Assembly: GCA_905210485.1 (NCBI GenBank) | Contig: CAJLXA010000005.1 | Location: forward strand, 1 to 61,526 | DNA from: an uncultured Eubacteriales bacterium | Lineage (GTDB): Bacteria; Bacillota; Clostridia; Oscillospirales; CAG-272 | DNA length: 61,526 nucleotides | Direction: 5' to 3' | Shown here: in pieces, positions 28,402 through 37,361 of the stretch | Numbering within the stretch: position 1 is the stretch's first letter | Layout of the letters: each line of letters opens with the position of its first letter | Program-made: the position numbers and the translations under genes | Notes under the pieces: generated by a model | Database searches by the model: none | Seen by the model: the letters and a program-made list of their open reading frames with translations, nothing else | What the model was told of the DNA's origin: nothing

Positions 28402-31400
28402 ATGAAAAAGAAGCTGTTCATATCTGTTATTGTTATGTTTCTGTTCGCGCTTCTGGCCGTTTTTCCGGCCGCTGCCGAAGAAACGGCATATACCGCAGAT
28501 GACATCCTTGCTTACAAAGGCCTTGCGGCACGGACGATCGGGGACGATCCGGGTATCCGTTCGCTGTATACGGTAAACAAAAAAGCCGTTGCCTATTTTG
28601 AAAATCAAGGATATACGGTGGCATACGGCGCCGTGATGGCGGTCGCGCGAAACGGTGAGACTGTGTATTTCAATTCTGCCCGGAATCTTACCGTAACTTT
28701 GTCGGAAGGGGTATTCGTACAGAATCACGGCGCGGTCATCACCATGTATAACGACGGCAAAGTATATGGAATCTACAATGCGAACGGTACGGATTATGCT
28801 GATTTTTCATATACGACGATATTCAACGGCAAGAAGTACATGACCGCTGATTTTCTCACCGGCGCGGAACTTTGCTATGCCGGATTTACCGCTTTGACAA
28901 AAGATGGTGTTACCGAGATTTACTATGATTACGCGGAAGGCGAAAGGTTCGGCCGCGAGGACGCGGTATACGGCGTTGCCACTTCGCTCGGCGAACTCTC
29001 CGATTATTTTTTGAATGTTTATCGGGATACCGAATTCAGTGAAAAATCGCGTTATGCCGAGGTTTCTCTTCTTCGCCGTGTGGTATCCATCGTTGGTATT
29101 AATGTGACAAATGACGAGATTCAATACATAAATAATGAAAAAACAACGATCGGCGGTACCGATGGACTGACCGAAAAAACCTTTGTTATAGAGGGAACCG
29201 GCTCGCAGAACGGCATATCTTTTTCCGTGAACAATGCGCGGCGCGGTTATTATTCCGTGCAGCTCCGTGCAACGAACAATGCGCTTGAAACCAGCGATGT
29301 TGTCATCAGCGTGAACGGACGTTTGTATACGCAACGGATATTGAAAAATCAGACATTGGAGTCGGATAACCTGGCCGTTTCAAAGAGTGACGGATTCCGT
29401 GATACGATGAAGTTCCATGTGTTGCTTGACGAGGGTAAGAACGACATACAGATGTATGTTGCCAACGGCACAAATAAGAACCCTATCGGTATTCATGCTT
29501 TGCGGTTTCTGATGGAAGCCGAGATTGGTGAAAAAGACGTTCTGCTTTCCGGGGTTACGGCACTGGATACTGCTCTTACCGATACGGCGAATGAAGGCTT
29601 CGGTGATTTCTATAAGGAAAACAGCACAACCCTGGGCGGCGAGAATGTGAAAACGGCATTTACTCGTGGAAAAGATCTGTATTACAAGATTTCTGTTCCT
29701 GCCGGCGGTTATTATCGTGTGGTTTCATTAGCAGTGTCAGGAAATGTGGGTTCGACGCTTACAACATCTTTCCTGCAGAACGGAACCGTTGTGCAAAAAA
29801 CCGCACTGCCGATTACGGCGGGAATGAACAACGGTTCGTCGCTGGCTCACCAGTACTATGATTGCGGCGTTGTTGCACTTGACCGCGGCGATTATACACT
29901 GAAGATGACGAACGGCAGTAATCTTGCCGTTTCCTCCGTTGCGCTGATTCGTGAAAACGCGGAAGAACAGCAGCCTGTAACCACGTTTGATATCAAGGCT
30001 GCAAGCGGGCTTCTAAGTGATGGAACGGCCGTCGGAACTTTGTCGGACGGATATACGGTTTTCCTATCCAAAAATCAAACGCTTTCATTTAGCGTGGATA
30101 TTGAGGTTCCCGGTCTCTATCTGCTTCAGGGAAAGTATAACACAAATGGTGGCAAGATTCAGTATATTTATCTGAAATCGGATAAACAAACAGCCCATGC
30201 GCTGGAAAGCCGTCTGAATCCTAACGGAACAAATACGGCCTATAATACCAATGAAGATTTTCTTGTTAATGATAGGTCGACCGAATTTGTTCTCGACCCC
30301 GACACCATGGGATATGTATATCTCACCAAAGGTACGCACAAATTGACGTTTTCTCACAGCGGTAATGGCATAGATGGCCTTGGTCTTGGAAATCTGCGCC
30401 TTTCGCTTGTAACCGATCTCACGGACGGCGTGTATATATCTGCAGATAAGAATACGGCTATCGTCACAGGCGGGAATGTTACGCAGAATTATACTTCCAG
30501 AATTCTTGACACACGCAATGAGGGGGCTGTCATTGCTTTTGATTTTACACCGTCGGATAGCGGCATATATAACGCGCTCATGCCTTTGATTTCCCGTACA
30601 GGACACGTAATCGGCTTCAAAGTGTATGAAAAAGCGTCGCCAGAAAACGTGGTTTGTGATAAGACGGTAACGATTCCCGATCCTAAAGACATCGGTTTTT
30701 CATCTGGCCGTACCGGCGGCATATATGGTCTCGGTTGTTCTTCTTCGCCGATTGAAACCGCGATGGCAGAAAATATTTCTCTGTCGGGCAGTACGGAATA
30801 TACCGTGGAAGTTAAGCTTGTCACAGGTTCTTTGCTTGCTTTTACCGATATTCACTTTTCGTTGCAGAAAAAGATTGTTTCTACGGAAAATGTTGAAAAA
30901 TATAAACCTGACTTTACAAACGGAGCGATAAAAAGCAACGCCACTGCAGATGAAAACGTTGAGAATATGTTTGTGTCTAAGCCGATCCTTGTAAAGAAAG
31001 CAGGCACAACGCTCTATTTCCAAGCCTCCGGAGCCCGCCTCGGATATGCGGACGGAACGACATTTGCCGTTGCGGTGTGCGAGCCGACAAAAGCGGGATA
31101 TATAATAGATGGCGAGGCAACTTCTGCATGGAATATCCGGGGAGACAGCGGAACCAAAACCGGCGGTGGTAATATTGCTTACACGATTACGACCAAAACC
31201 GATAACACGGTTCTTATTCTCTCGGCCAAAGCTTCTGAAGCAGCAGGGCTGTATGTCTCTTATACGGGAGACGCCGACAATGTTGAAACGGCGGATATCC
31301 GCAACGTGGATTTTGACAGCGCCACTTTGGCGGCATCGGCTGTATTCGGCAGTTCCGAAGCCGCGTCGGTTACCGTGACGGCGCAGGGTAAAAACGGTAC

Positions 31401-34400
31401 GGTTTACGCGCTTCTTTATGATAAAGGCGACGCATTGATAGGCGTGAAGACCGCGGAAAAGACGAAATACGGTCAGTCGTTCATCTTCACATGTGATGAT
31501 ATTGCGGGTACGGTAGCTTCTGTACGCGTCTTCATGGTATCCGATACGACATCACTGTCCATGATAACCGATACGCTTCTTCTTCGAGCTGACGGTGAAA
31601 AAGTATTGCCGCGTACGGTATTTACCGTGACAAAGGCGTATCTGTCCTGTGTCGGCGGCGATGAAAACGCGTTTGTCGTGCGTTCTTCCGATATGACCGG
31701 GAAGGGTACTGTTACCACGCTGTCAAACGGTGAAAAATTGCTGACAAAGGGCAGCACGAACTATATTACGTTTACAGTCGATGCTCCTGTAGCGGGCTTT
31801 TATAAGATCGACATGAAATACGAACGTTGTGGCGGTTATATCGAATATTTCAAGGGTTACAATCTTACCTATAAAGATTTTACAAATTCATACGGAGAAA
31901 GCCGATTCGGTTTGTGGAATGATGCTCACGATGCCACGGCACAAACCGATGAAGACTATGCCGTTTCCGACGCTGTACGATACGGCGTTTTTGACGGCGA
32001 GGCTGAAATGTATATCTATCTTGTGGCTGGCGAAAACGAACTGAAGTTTTTCTTCACATCGGGAAAAAACACAAAAATGGCCATCGACAGTATGCGTTTT
32101 TCGCCTGTTCCCAGCTATACTGCTGACACGGATGCAGTTCTTATGCCAACCGACAAAATTACAACGCCTGTCGGAGATTACAAAAATACGCTTGTGAACT
32201 CCAATCTTAAGAACAACGGTTGGTTCCTCCGCGGAGGCAGTACGGTGTATTTCTCTCTCTCCGTTCCCACGGACGGAAAGTATTCTCTGTCTGCTCTCGG
32301 TTGTGCCAGCGGCGCGACGGTCCGGTTGACAAGTACAGAAGCCTCTTTCCTGCCGATTGCGGCAACTTTGGACGGAACACTCGGCACCTCCACATCGACT
32401 ATGCCGTTTACGCTCGGCACGCTGAATCTGAAAGCGGGAACATATACCGTAGCGTTGAATGTAACGGGTAGTTATTTCCATGCCAACATGTTCATGCTGA
32501 AAAAAATCGCCGATTATGATGAAAACGGCACGTTTCTTGTGGAAAGAACCGGATTTGACGTCAATACAAAGGACGGCAGTTTCAGGCTCACATATAAAGT
32601 GACCGGCAAAGCGCCGTCGGGTAATCTCGGCCTTAAAGAAACCGTTTCGGTTGAGGGTGTGGAAACGGTGAACAATACCGCAACGCCTTTTCAATATACG
32701 TTGACCAGTATTCGGGACGCCTATGAAACAAAGTATACCTTCACAGGTGCCGCTCGTACAGGATTCAAGAGCATGACATTGGTGTATCGCTTGTATGACG
32801 GCGACACTGTTGTTTACGAATCCGCGCCCTATTCCTGCGTTTCCCACTACGATGATCTTGACGGATTGACGGCAGTTGTTATCGGCGACAGTTATTTTGA
32901 CGATCCGGCCGTGCAACCGAATATGTGGATCGATCTTTTGAAGCAGGAATATAATCTGACGCTGTATAATCATGCGTACAGCGGCAGTACCGTATCCAAC
33001 TCCAAAGAATTGATAAGCAATACCGCCCACAGCGGTTATGGTAAGGAAACCATCGCGCAGAATCCGATGTGCGAACGCTTTGATGGCGGAGCGCCGCGGC
33101 AAATGCCGCAGTGCGAACCGGATATTGTGCTGTTTGACGCCGGCAGAAACGATTTTTGGCGCGGCGCTGCACTTGGTACTTTGTATCTGGAGGGCACGAC
33201 CGAACTCAATATGGATACGACAACGTTTTACGGCGCTGTCAACTATACGATCGCTAAACTGCGTGAATTCTACCCCAATGCCATTATTATGACATTTACC
33301 TGCTACAATCACGCCGAAACAAACTCTGCGACAGGACACACACAGGTTGAATTCGGTGAGGCGATGCTTGCAGCCAGCGAGGCGAATGGTATTACCTGCT
33401 TCAGCAATCTTGACGAATCGGTAACGGGCGTACATATGGACGATTCCGCGTTTCGTGCCGAATATTGTAAAACCGCTAACGACATCAGTCATCTTAACGC
33501 CAAGGGTATGGCTATGGTCTATCCTACCATGGTTAAATTTGTAGGTGAAACCTACCGGGCAAATGCTCCCACGCGCATTTCTTCTTCCGAAGCGGTTTTT
33601 GGTGACAGTACTGTGGCTGCTGTTTCGGCAACCTACAGCGGTATGGAAAACGGCATTGCTTTCGCGCTGGCATACGATAAGGGCGAATCGTTGATCGGTG
33701 TTTCCGAACAGGAAAAAACACAGTATTCGCAGGAAATGCAGTTTACTTTCCCGGAAATGACGGGAAGCGCGGCATCGTTCCGTCTCCTGCTCTTAAAGGA
33801 TAAACTGGATTATGAGAATCTCGTTCGTCCCCGTATCCTGACGCCGACCGGCGTACAGATCCTTTCAATCAATGCCTTTACCGTATCGCATGATTATCTT
33901 GCCGCGATAGGCGGCGACAAAAACGCGTTTGTCGTGCATGCTTCCGATATGGCCGCAAAGGGTGCTGTCATCACGCTGATAAACGGCGAAAAATTGCTGA
34001 CAAAGGGTAGCGCAAACTATATTACGTTCAATGTCAATGCTCCTGTGGCAGGTTTTTATAAGATTGATATGAAATACGAGCGTCGTAACGGCTATATTCA
34101 GTATTTCAAGGGTTATAATCTTTCTTACACGCCGTGGAGCGGAAAAGGCAACGCTGAAAGCCGATTCGGTGATTATGATAATGCGCAGGACGCCGAAGCT
34201 GAGACTGATGAAGACTATGCCATTTCCGACGCTGCACGGTACGGTGTGTTTGACGGCATCGGCGAGATGTATATCTATCTTGCGGCCGGCGAAAACGAAC
34301 TGAAGTTTTTCTTCATATCGGATAAAAACACAAAAATGGCTATCGACAGTATGCGTTTTTCGCTCGTTGTCGGCTATGCTGTCGATAACGACACGATCCT

Positions 34401-37350
34401 TATGCCGGTCGGCGGTATCGCATCCCCCGTCGGCAACTATGAAAATACGACAGTAGGCGGTGGCCTGAACTACAACCAGAACGGTTGGTTCCTCCGCGGA
34501 GGCAGTACGGTGTATTTCTCTCTCACCGTTCCCGAAGACGGACAGTATGTACTGAAAATGCTCGGTTGCGGCTATGTTGCCACCATTTCTCTGAAGAGTA
34601 TGGACGAAGAATTTCTTTCAATGCATGCCTATGTAAATGACATTGTCGGTGTTTCCACATCGACTATGCCGTTCACGCTCGGCACGCTGAATCTGAAAGC
34701 CGGAACATATACTGTGGCGTTGAATGTAGCGGGTGGTTATTTCCATGCCAACATGTTTATACTCGACAAAGCAGCAGAATATGATTCTGAAAACTTTTGC
34801 CGTGTTACACGTGATAATTTTGAAATGGATCCCAACACAGGCGACTACAGGTTGTCTTACAATGTTGTCGGCAAGTTGACAAACGACAATTATATGATTG
34901 AGCGGCTTACCGTCAGTGGCGAAGACGCAAGCGGTACGTTCAGTGAAACCTTTGAAAAAGTACGTACTGCCTTTGAAACCGCGAATCTTTTCACCGGGAC
35001 GCGTGTGGGACTGAAATCCATGACGCTGACGTATCAGCTACTTGATGGCGACAGGGTTATCTACGCTGCAGAACCATTGGTTTACAGCCGCAATCAACTG
35101 AATGTAATGTTCGTGTCGGATATGCATTATACCGGTACGGAGTTGAGTCAGGAAATCTATTGGTCTTTGAAAGACGCCACGCAGGAAAAAAATACGCTTC
35201 GTGATTTTAACTATGCTACTTCGCAGTGTGAAAATTACGGTCAGATAGCGGATAGGAAATTGCAACGTCTTGTCGACGAAATTGTGAAAAAGTACGAAAA
35301 CGGCGAGTTGGATATTGTTTTCATACTTGGTGATGCTTCCAATAACGAATCCTGTTACGAGCAGTTTCAGACGGAAAATGTGCGGTATCAGAAGAAGCTG
35401 AATAACAATCAGACAAATCTTGCAAGTTCCATGGATGAATTCTGGGATAGTCCGCTTAATGTCAACTATCTTCTGAAGAAACTCTTCCTTGAACAGCTTT
35501 CAAAAAAAGGAATTCCATATTTTCTGGCCAACGGCAACCACGATTATTCGTATTCCTATAACAAGGAACAGACCGATCTTGATTACACGCCGTGGGAAGA
35601 CCTGTTCCATTATGCGGAACTTCTCGGTCACAAGACGGAGGCAGACAACGGTTCGTATCTGCATGACGCAAACGGCAACTATGTTCATTATGAGGATTCA
35701 GACAGCGTACATTATCTTGTACGCATTATTCGCCGTGAAGGAAAGGTGAAAATCTTGTCTTCTCTCAGCGAAACCGCTCTGGAGATTTTCAAAGAGACAC
35801 ATAAAGATGACGGTAATTGCTATGATTTCTACGTATCCGAAGACAGCGTGACCGAAAATGATGAACTTGTGGCTTCGTTCGTTATGGTGAACGGATTCCG
35901 TTTTGATACTTTTGATTACTATACAAAAGTCGGTGTTTTTGATGGAAACTACAGCGGGCAAACGATCCGTTATGAAAAAATCCGCAAGGATTTCACCGAA
36001 AATATGCTGGAAAGAAGCAAGGATTATAAAAACGTTTATTTGCTCGGACATCTGGTCAGTTCAGTCGACGTTCTCGAACTGATTGATAAGTATGAAAACA
36101 TCAAGGCCATTTTTTCCGGAGACGTGCATAACGAAGAAGTGAATGCTGTAGGACCGATCAACAATTTTGTCGACGGTCAGAATGTCACTGTTTTCGATCT
36201 TGACTATTATTATCAAGAGGATGGCACGGCGGATAATCAGTACTATTATTGCCGAGGCGGCACCAACAGCTACGGAAACCGCGTATGGAGTGATTTTATG
36301 CGCCATCCGAACAGCTATGCCATGATGGAAATATGCGGCGACACCGTTTCACTTTTCCAACGTGTCCACTATTCCGGTTTTTATGAAAACGGGTTGATGA
36401 CGGTATCTTCCGGCCGCTTGGCGGGTAGCGATATCCGATATGCGCGCGCTGTGGCAGACGCCTCCCGATTTGCGGCGGGTGAACATCTTTACGTCATTGA
36501 AAAAGATGGAAAATCCTTGTTGCTCCGCAAAGATGATCTTGATTCTTACGGGTTTACGGAAAACAGTAGCGGCGTACGCAAGGTTTATGTCGGTGGAGAT
36601 GTAGTGAATGCCGGTACTTCTTATCGCAATCTTTGCCTGTCCTATGAAAAAGGAAAATATAATACGCCGAGTTATCGGATAGATCTTTCCGGCAATGTGT
36701 ACGATCTTTCCGGCGTTCCGCTCGGTAAAACAGTTACGCCTTCCGATTACAACGAAGGAACTTCCGTTTCCATCGACGGGGTGAATTACTATATTTGCGG
36801 CAAGAGTGGCGGTGTTTACGGTCACTATCTCTATGATGAAAAAGGCGACTATGTGTTCCTCGATAAAAATGACAGTCTTGTTTTCTATGCCGCTCGTGAA
36901 AAAGACGCGAATTACGTTGAAGCAAGTATTCAGGAAGAAATGAGCATCCAAAACAAGAAACAGATAATGTACAGCGGTCCGTATCAGAGACGTTGGTATT
37001 ATGAAAACTCGGAATTCGGGTTTGTCGATATTCCTGTAGACGAAAACGGCAAACTTGTTGATGGAACGTATACAGACCTTTATGTCACGGATGCTGATAC
37101 CACCCAAAAGAGATACGGTGATTTTCATGCCGTATCGGGCGTGTATACACCTGAAATTGTTGTGCGCAATGGTAAAATTGTAAAAGGTGAAGGTTGGTGC
37201 CGATTCTCCTATATCGCCGACTACACATATGCCGATGGCACGGTCGTTGATAAAGAAAAACTGAAAATTGACTACGATGCAAACGGTAATATTGTATACG
37301 GTATCTATATTCCGGAAACCGTATTTGCCGAACAAAGTATTGTGCGGTAA
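28402..37350 (+). CDS. 2,982-aa secreted multi-domain protein: multiple CBM-like beta-sandwich modules + SGNH/GDSL hydrolase + calcineurin-like metallophosphoesterase
   Basis: Start placed at the ATG at 28402 (RBS GGAGGA 5 nt upstream). Signal peptide MKKKLFISVIVMFLFALLAVFPAAAEE. The ORF-track start at 28081 overlaps the AraC gene and has no RBS. See the domain and repeat features below. Confidence 0.9.
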   Translation: MKKKLFISVIVMFLFALLAVFPAAAEETAYTADDILAYKGLAARTIGDDPGIRSLYTVNKKAVAYFENQGYTVAYGAVMAVARNGETVYFNSARNLTVTLSEGVFVQNHGAVITMYNDGKVYGIYNANGTDYADFSYTTIFNGKKYMTADFLTGAELCYAGFTALTKDGVTEIYYDYAEGERFGREDAVYGVATSLGELSDYFLNVYRDTEFSEKSRYAEVSLLRRVVSIVGINVTNDEIQYINNEKTTIGGTDGLTEKTFVIEGTGSQNGISFSVNNARRGYYSVQLRATNNALETSDVVISVNGRLYTQRILKNQTLESDNLAVSKSDGFRDTMKFHVLLDEGKNDIQMYVANGTNKNPIGIHALRFLMEAEIGEKDVLLSGVTALDTALTDTANEGFGDFYKENSTTLGGENVKTAFTRGKDLYYKISVPAGGYYRVVSLAVSGNVGSTLTTSFLQNGTVVQKTALPITAGMNNGSSLAHQYYDCGVVALDRGDYTLKMTNGSNLAVSSVALIRENAEEQQPVTTFDIKAASGLLSDGTAVGTLSDGYTVFLSKNQTLSFSVDIEVPGLYLLQGKYNTNGGKIQYIYLKSDKQTAHALESRLNPNGTNTAYNTNEDFLVNDRSTEFVLDPDTMGYVYLTKGTHKLTFSHSGNGIDGLGLGNLRLSLVTDLTDGVYISADKNTAIVTGGNVTQNYTSRILDTRNEGAVIAFDFTPSDSGIYNALMPLISRTGHVIGFKVYEKASPENVVCDKTVTIPDPKDIGFSSGRTGGIYGLGCSSSPIETAMAENISLSGSTEYTVEVKLVTGSLLAFTDIHFSLQKKIVSTENVEKYKPDFTNGAIKSNATADENVENMFVSKPILVKKAGTTLYFQASGARLGYADGTTFAVAVCEPTKAGYIIDGEATSAWNIRGDSGTKTGGGNIAYTITTKTDNTVLILSAKASEAAGLYVSYTGDADNVETADIRNVDFDSATLAASAVFGSSEAASVTVTAQGKNGTVYALLYDKGDALIGVKTAEKTKYGQSFIFTCDDIAGTVASVRVFMVSDTTSLSMITDTLLLRADGEKVLPRTVFTVTKAYLSCVGGDENAFVVRSSDMTGKGTVTTLSNGEKLLTKGSTNYITFTVDAPVAGFYKIDMKYERCGGYIEYFKGYNLTYKDFTNSYGESRFGLWNDAHDATAQTDEDYAVSDAVRYGVFDGEAEMYIYLVAGENELKFFFTSGKNTKMAIDSMRFSPVPSYTADTDAVLMPTDKITTPVGDYKNTLVNSNLKNNGWFLRGGSTVYFSLSVPTDGKYSLSALGCASGATVRLTSTEASFLPIAATLDGTLGTSTSTMPFTLGTLNLKAGTYTVALNVTGSYFHANMFMLKKIADYDENGTFLVERTGFDVNTKDGSFRLTYKVTGKAPSGNLGLKETVSVEGVETVNNTATPFQYTLTSIRDAYETKYTFTGAARTGFKSMTLVYRLYDGDTVVYESAPYSCVSHYDDLDGLTAVVIGDSYFDDPAVQPNMWIDLLKQEYNLTLYNHAYSGSTVSNSKELISNTAHSGYGKETIAQNPMCERFDGGAPRQMPQCEPDIVLFDAGRNDFWRGAALGTLYLEGTTELNMDTTTFYGAVNYTIAKLREFYPNAIIMTFTCYNHAETNSATGHTQVEFGEAMLAASEANGITCFSNLDESVTGVHMDDSAFRAEYCKTANDISHLNAKGMAMVYPTMVKFVGETYRANAPTRISSSEAVFGDSTVAAVSATYSGMENGIAFALAYDKGESLIGVSEQEKTQYSQEMQFTFPEMTGSAASFRLLLLKDKLDYENLVRPRILTPTGVQILSINAFTVSHDYLAAIGGDKNAFVVHASDMAAKGAVITLINGEKLLTKGSANYITFNVNAPVAGFYKIDMKYERRNGYIQYFKGYNLSYTPWSGKGNAESRFGDYDNAQDAEAETDEDYAISDAARYGVFDGIGEMYIYLAAGENELKFFFISDKNTKMAIDSMRFSLVVGYAVDNDTILMPVGGIASPVGNYENTTVGGGLNYNQNGWFLRGGSTVYFSLTVPEDGQYVLKMLGCGYVATISLKSMDEEFLSMHAYVNDIVGVSTSTMPFTLGTLNLKAGTYTVALNVAGGYFHANMFILDKAAEYDSENFCRVTRDNFEMDPNTGDYRLSYNVVGKLTNDNYMIERLTVSGEDASGTFSETFEKVRTAFETANLFTGTRVGLKSMTLTYQLLDGDRVIYAAEPLVYSRNQLNVMFVSDMHYTGTELSQEIYWSLKDATQEKNTLRDFNYATSQCENYGQIADRKLQRLVDEIVKKYENGELDIVFILGDASNNESCYEQFQTENVRYQKKLNNNQTNLASSMDEFWDSPLNVNYLLKKLFLEQLSKKGIPYFLANGNHDYSYSYNKEQTDLDYTPWEDLFHYAELLGHKTEADNGSYLHDANGNYVHYEDSDSVHYLVRIIRREGKVKILSSLSETALEIFKETHKDDGNCYDFYVSEDSVTENDELVASFVMVNGFRFDTFDYYTKVGVFDGNYSGQTIRYEKIRKDFTENMLERSKDYKNVYLLGHLVSSVDVLELIDKYENIKAIFSGDVHNEEVNAVGPINNFVDGQNVTVFDLDYYYQEDGTADNQYYYCRGGTNSYGNRVWSDFMRHPNSYAMMEICGDTVSLFQRVHYSGFYENGLMTVSSGRLAGSDIRYARAVADASRFAAGEHLYVIEKDGKSLLLRKDDLDSYGFTENSSGVRKVYVGGDVVNAGTSYRNLCLSYEKGKYNTPSYRIDLSGNVYDLSGVPLGKTVTPSDYNEGTSVSIDGVNYYICGKSGGVYGHYLYDEKGDYVFLDKNDSLVFYAAREKDANYVEASIQEEMSIQNKKQIMYSGPYQRRWYYENSEFGFVDIPVDENGKLVDGTYTDLYVTDADTTQKRYGDFHAVSGVYTPEIVVRNGKIVKGEGWCRFSYIADYTYADGTVVDKEKLKIDYDANGNIVYGIYIPETVFAEQSIVR
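31330..32850 (+). repeat. internal duplication, copy 1 (~1.5 kb, ~505 aa module set)
   Basis: Protein segment AVFGSSEAASVTV...KSMTLVYRLYDGDTVVYESAPY aligns along its whole length with copy 2. A 45-nt run is identical (32215-32259 = 34480-34524). Confidence 0.85.
32866..33540 (+). other. SGNH/GDSL hydrolase domain of the giant protein
   Basis: Block I VVIGDSY (GDS at 32884-32892), block III DAGRNDF, block V DISHLN (DxxH at 33481-33492). Confidence 0.75.
33580..35100 (+). repeat. internal duplication, copy 2
   Basis: Segment AVFGDSTVAAVSA...KSMTLTYQLLDGDRVIYAAEPL is the counterpart of copy 1. A ~105-nt stretch (34654-34760 vs 32388-32494) differs at only about 7 positions by eye. Confidence 0.85.
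35098..36140 (+). other. calcineurin-like metallophosphoesterase domain of the giant protein
   Basis: Ordered motifs VSDMHY (DxH), ILGDASNN (GDxxxN), LANGNHD (GNHD), LLGHLV (GH), SGDVHNEE (GDxH). Confidence 0.75.
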
Positions 37351-37361
37351 AGGAAGAAAAC

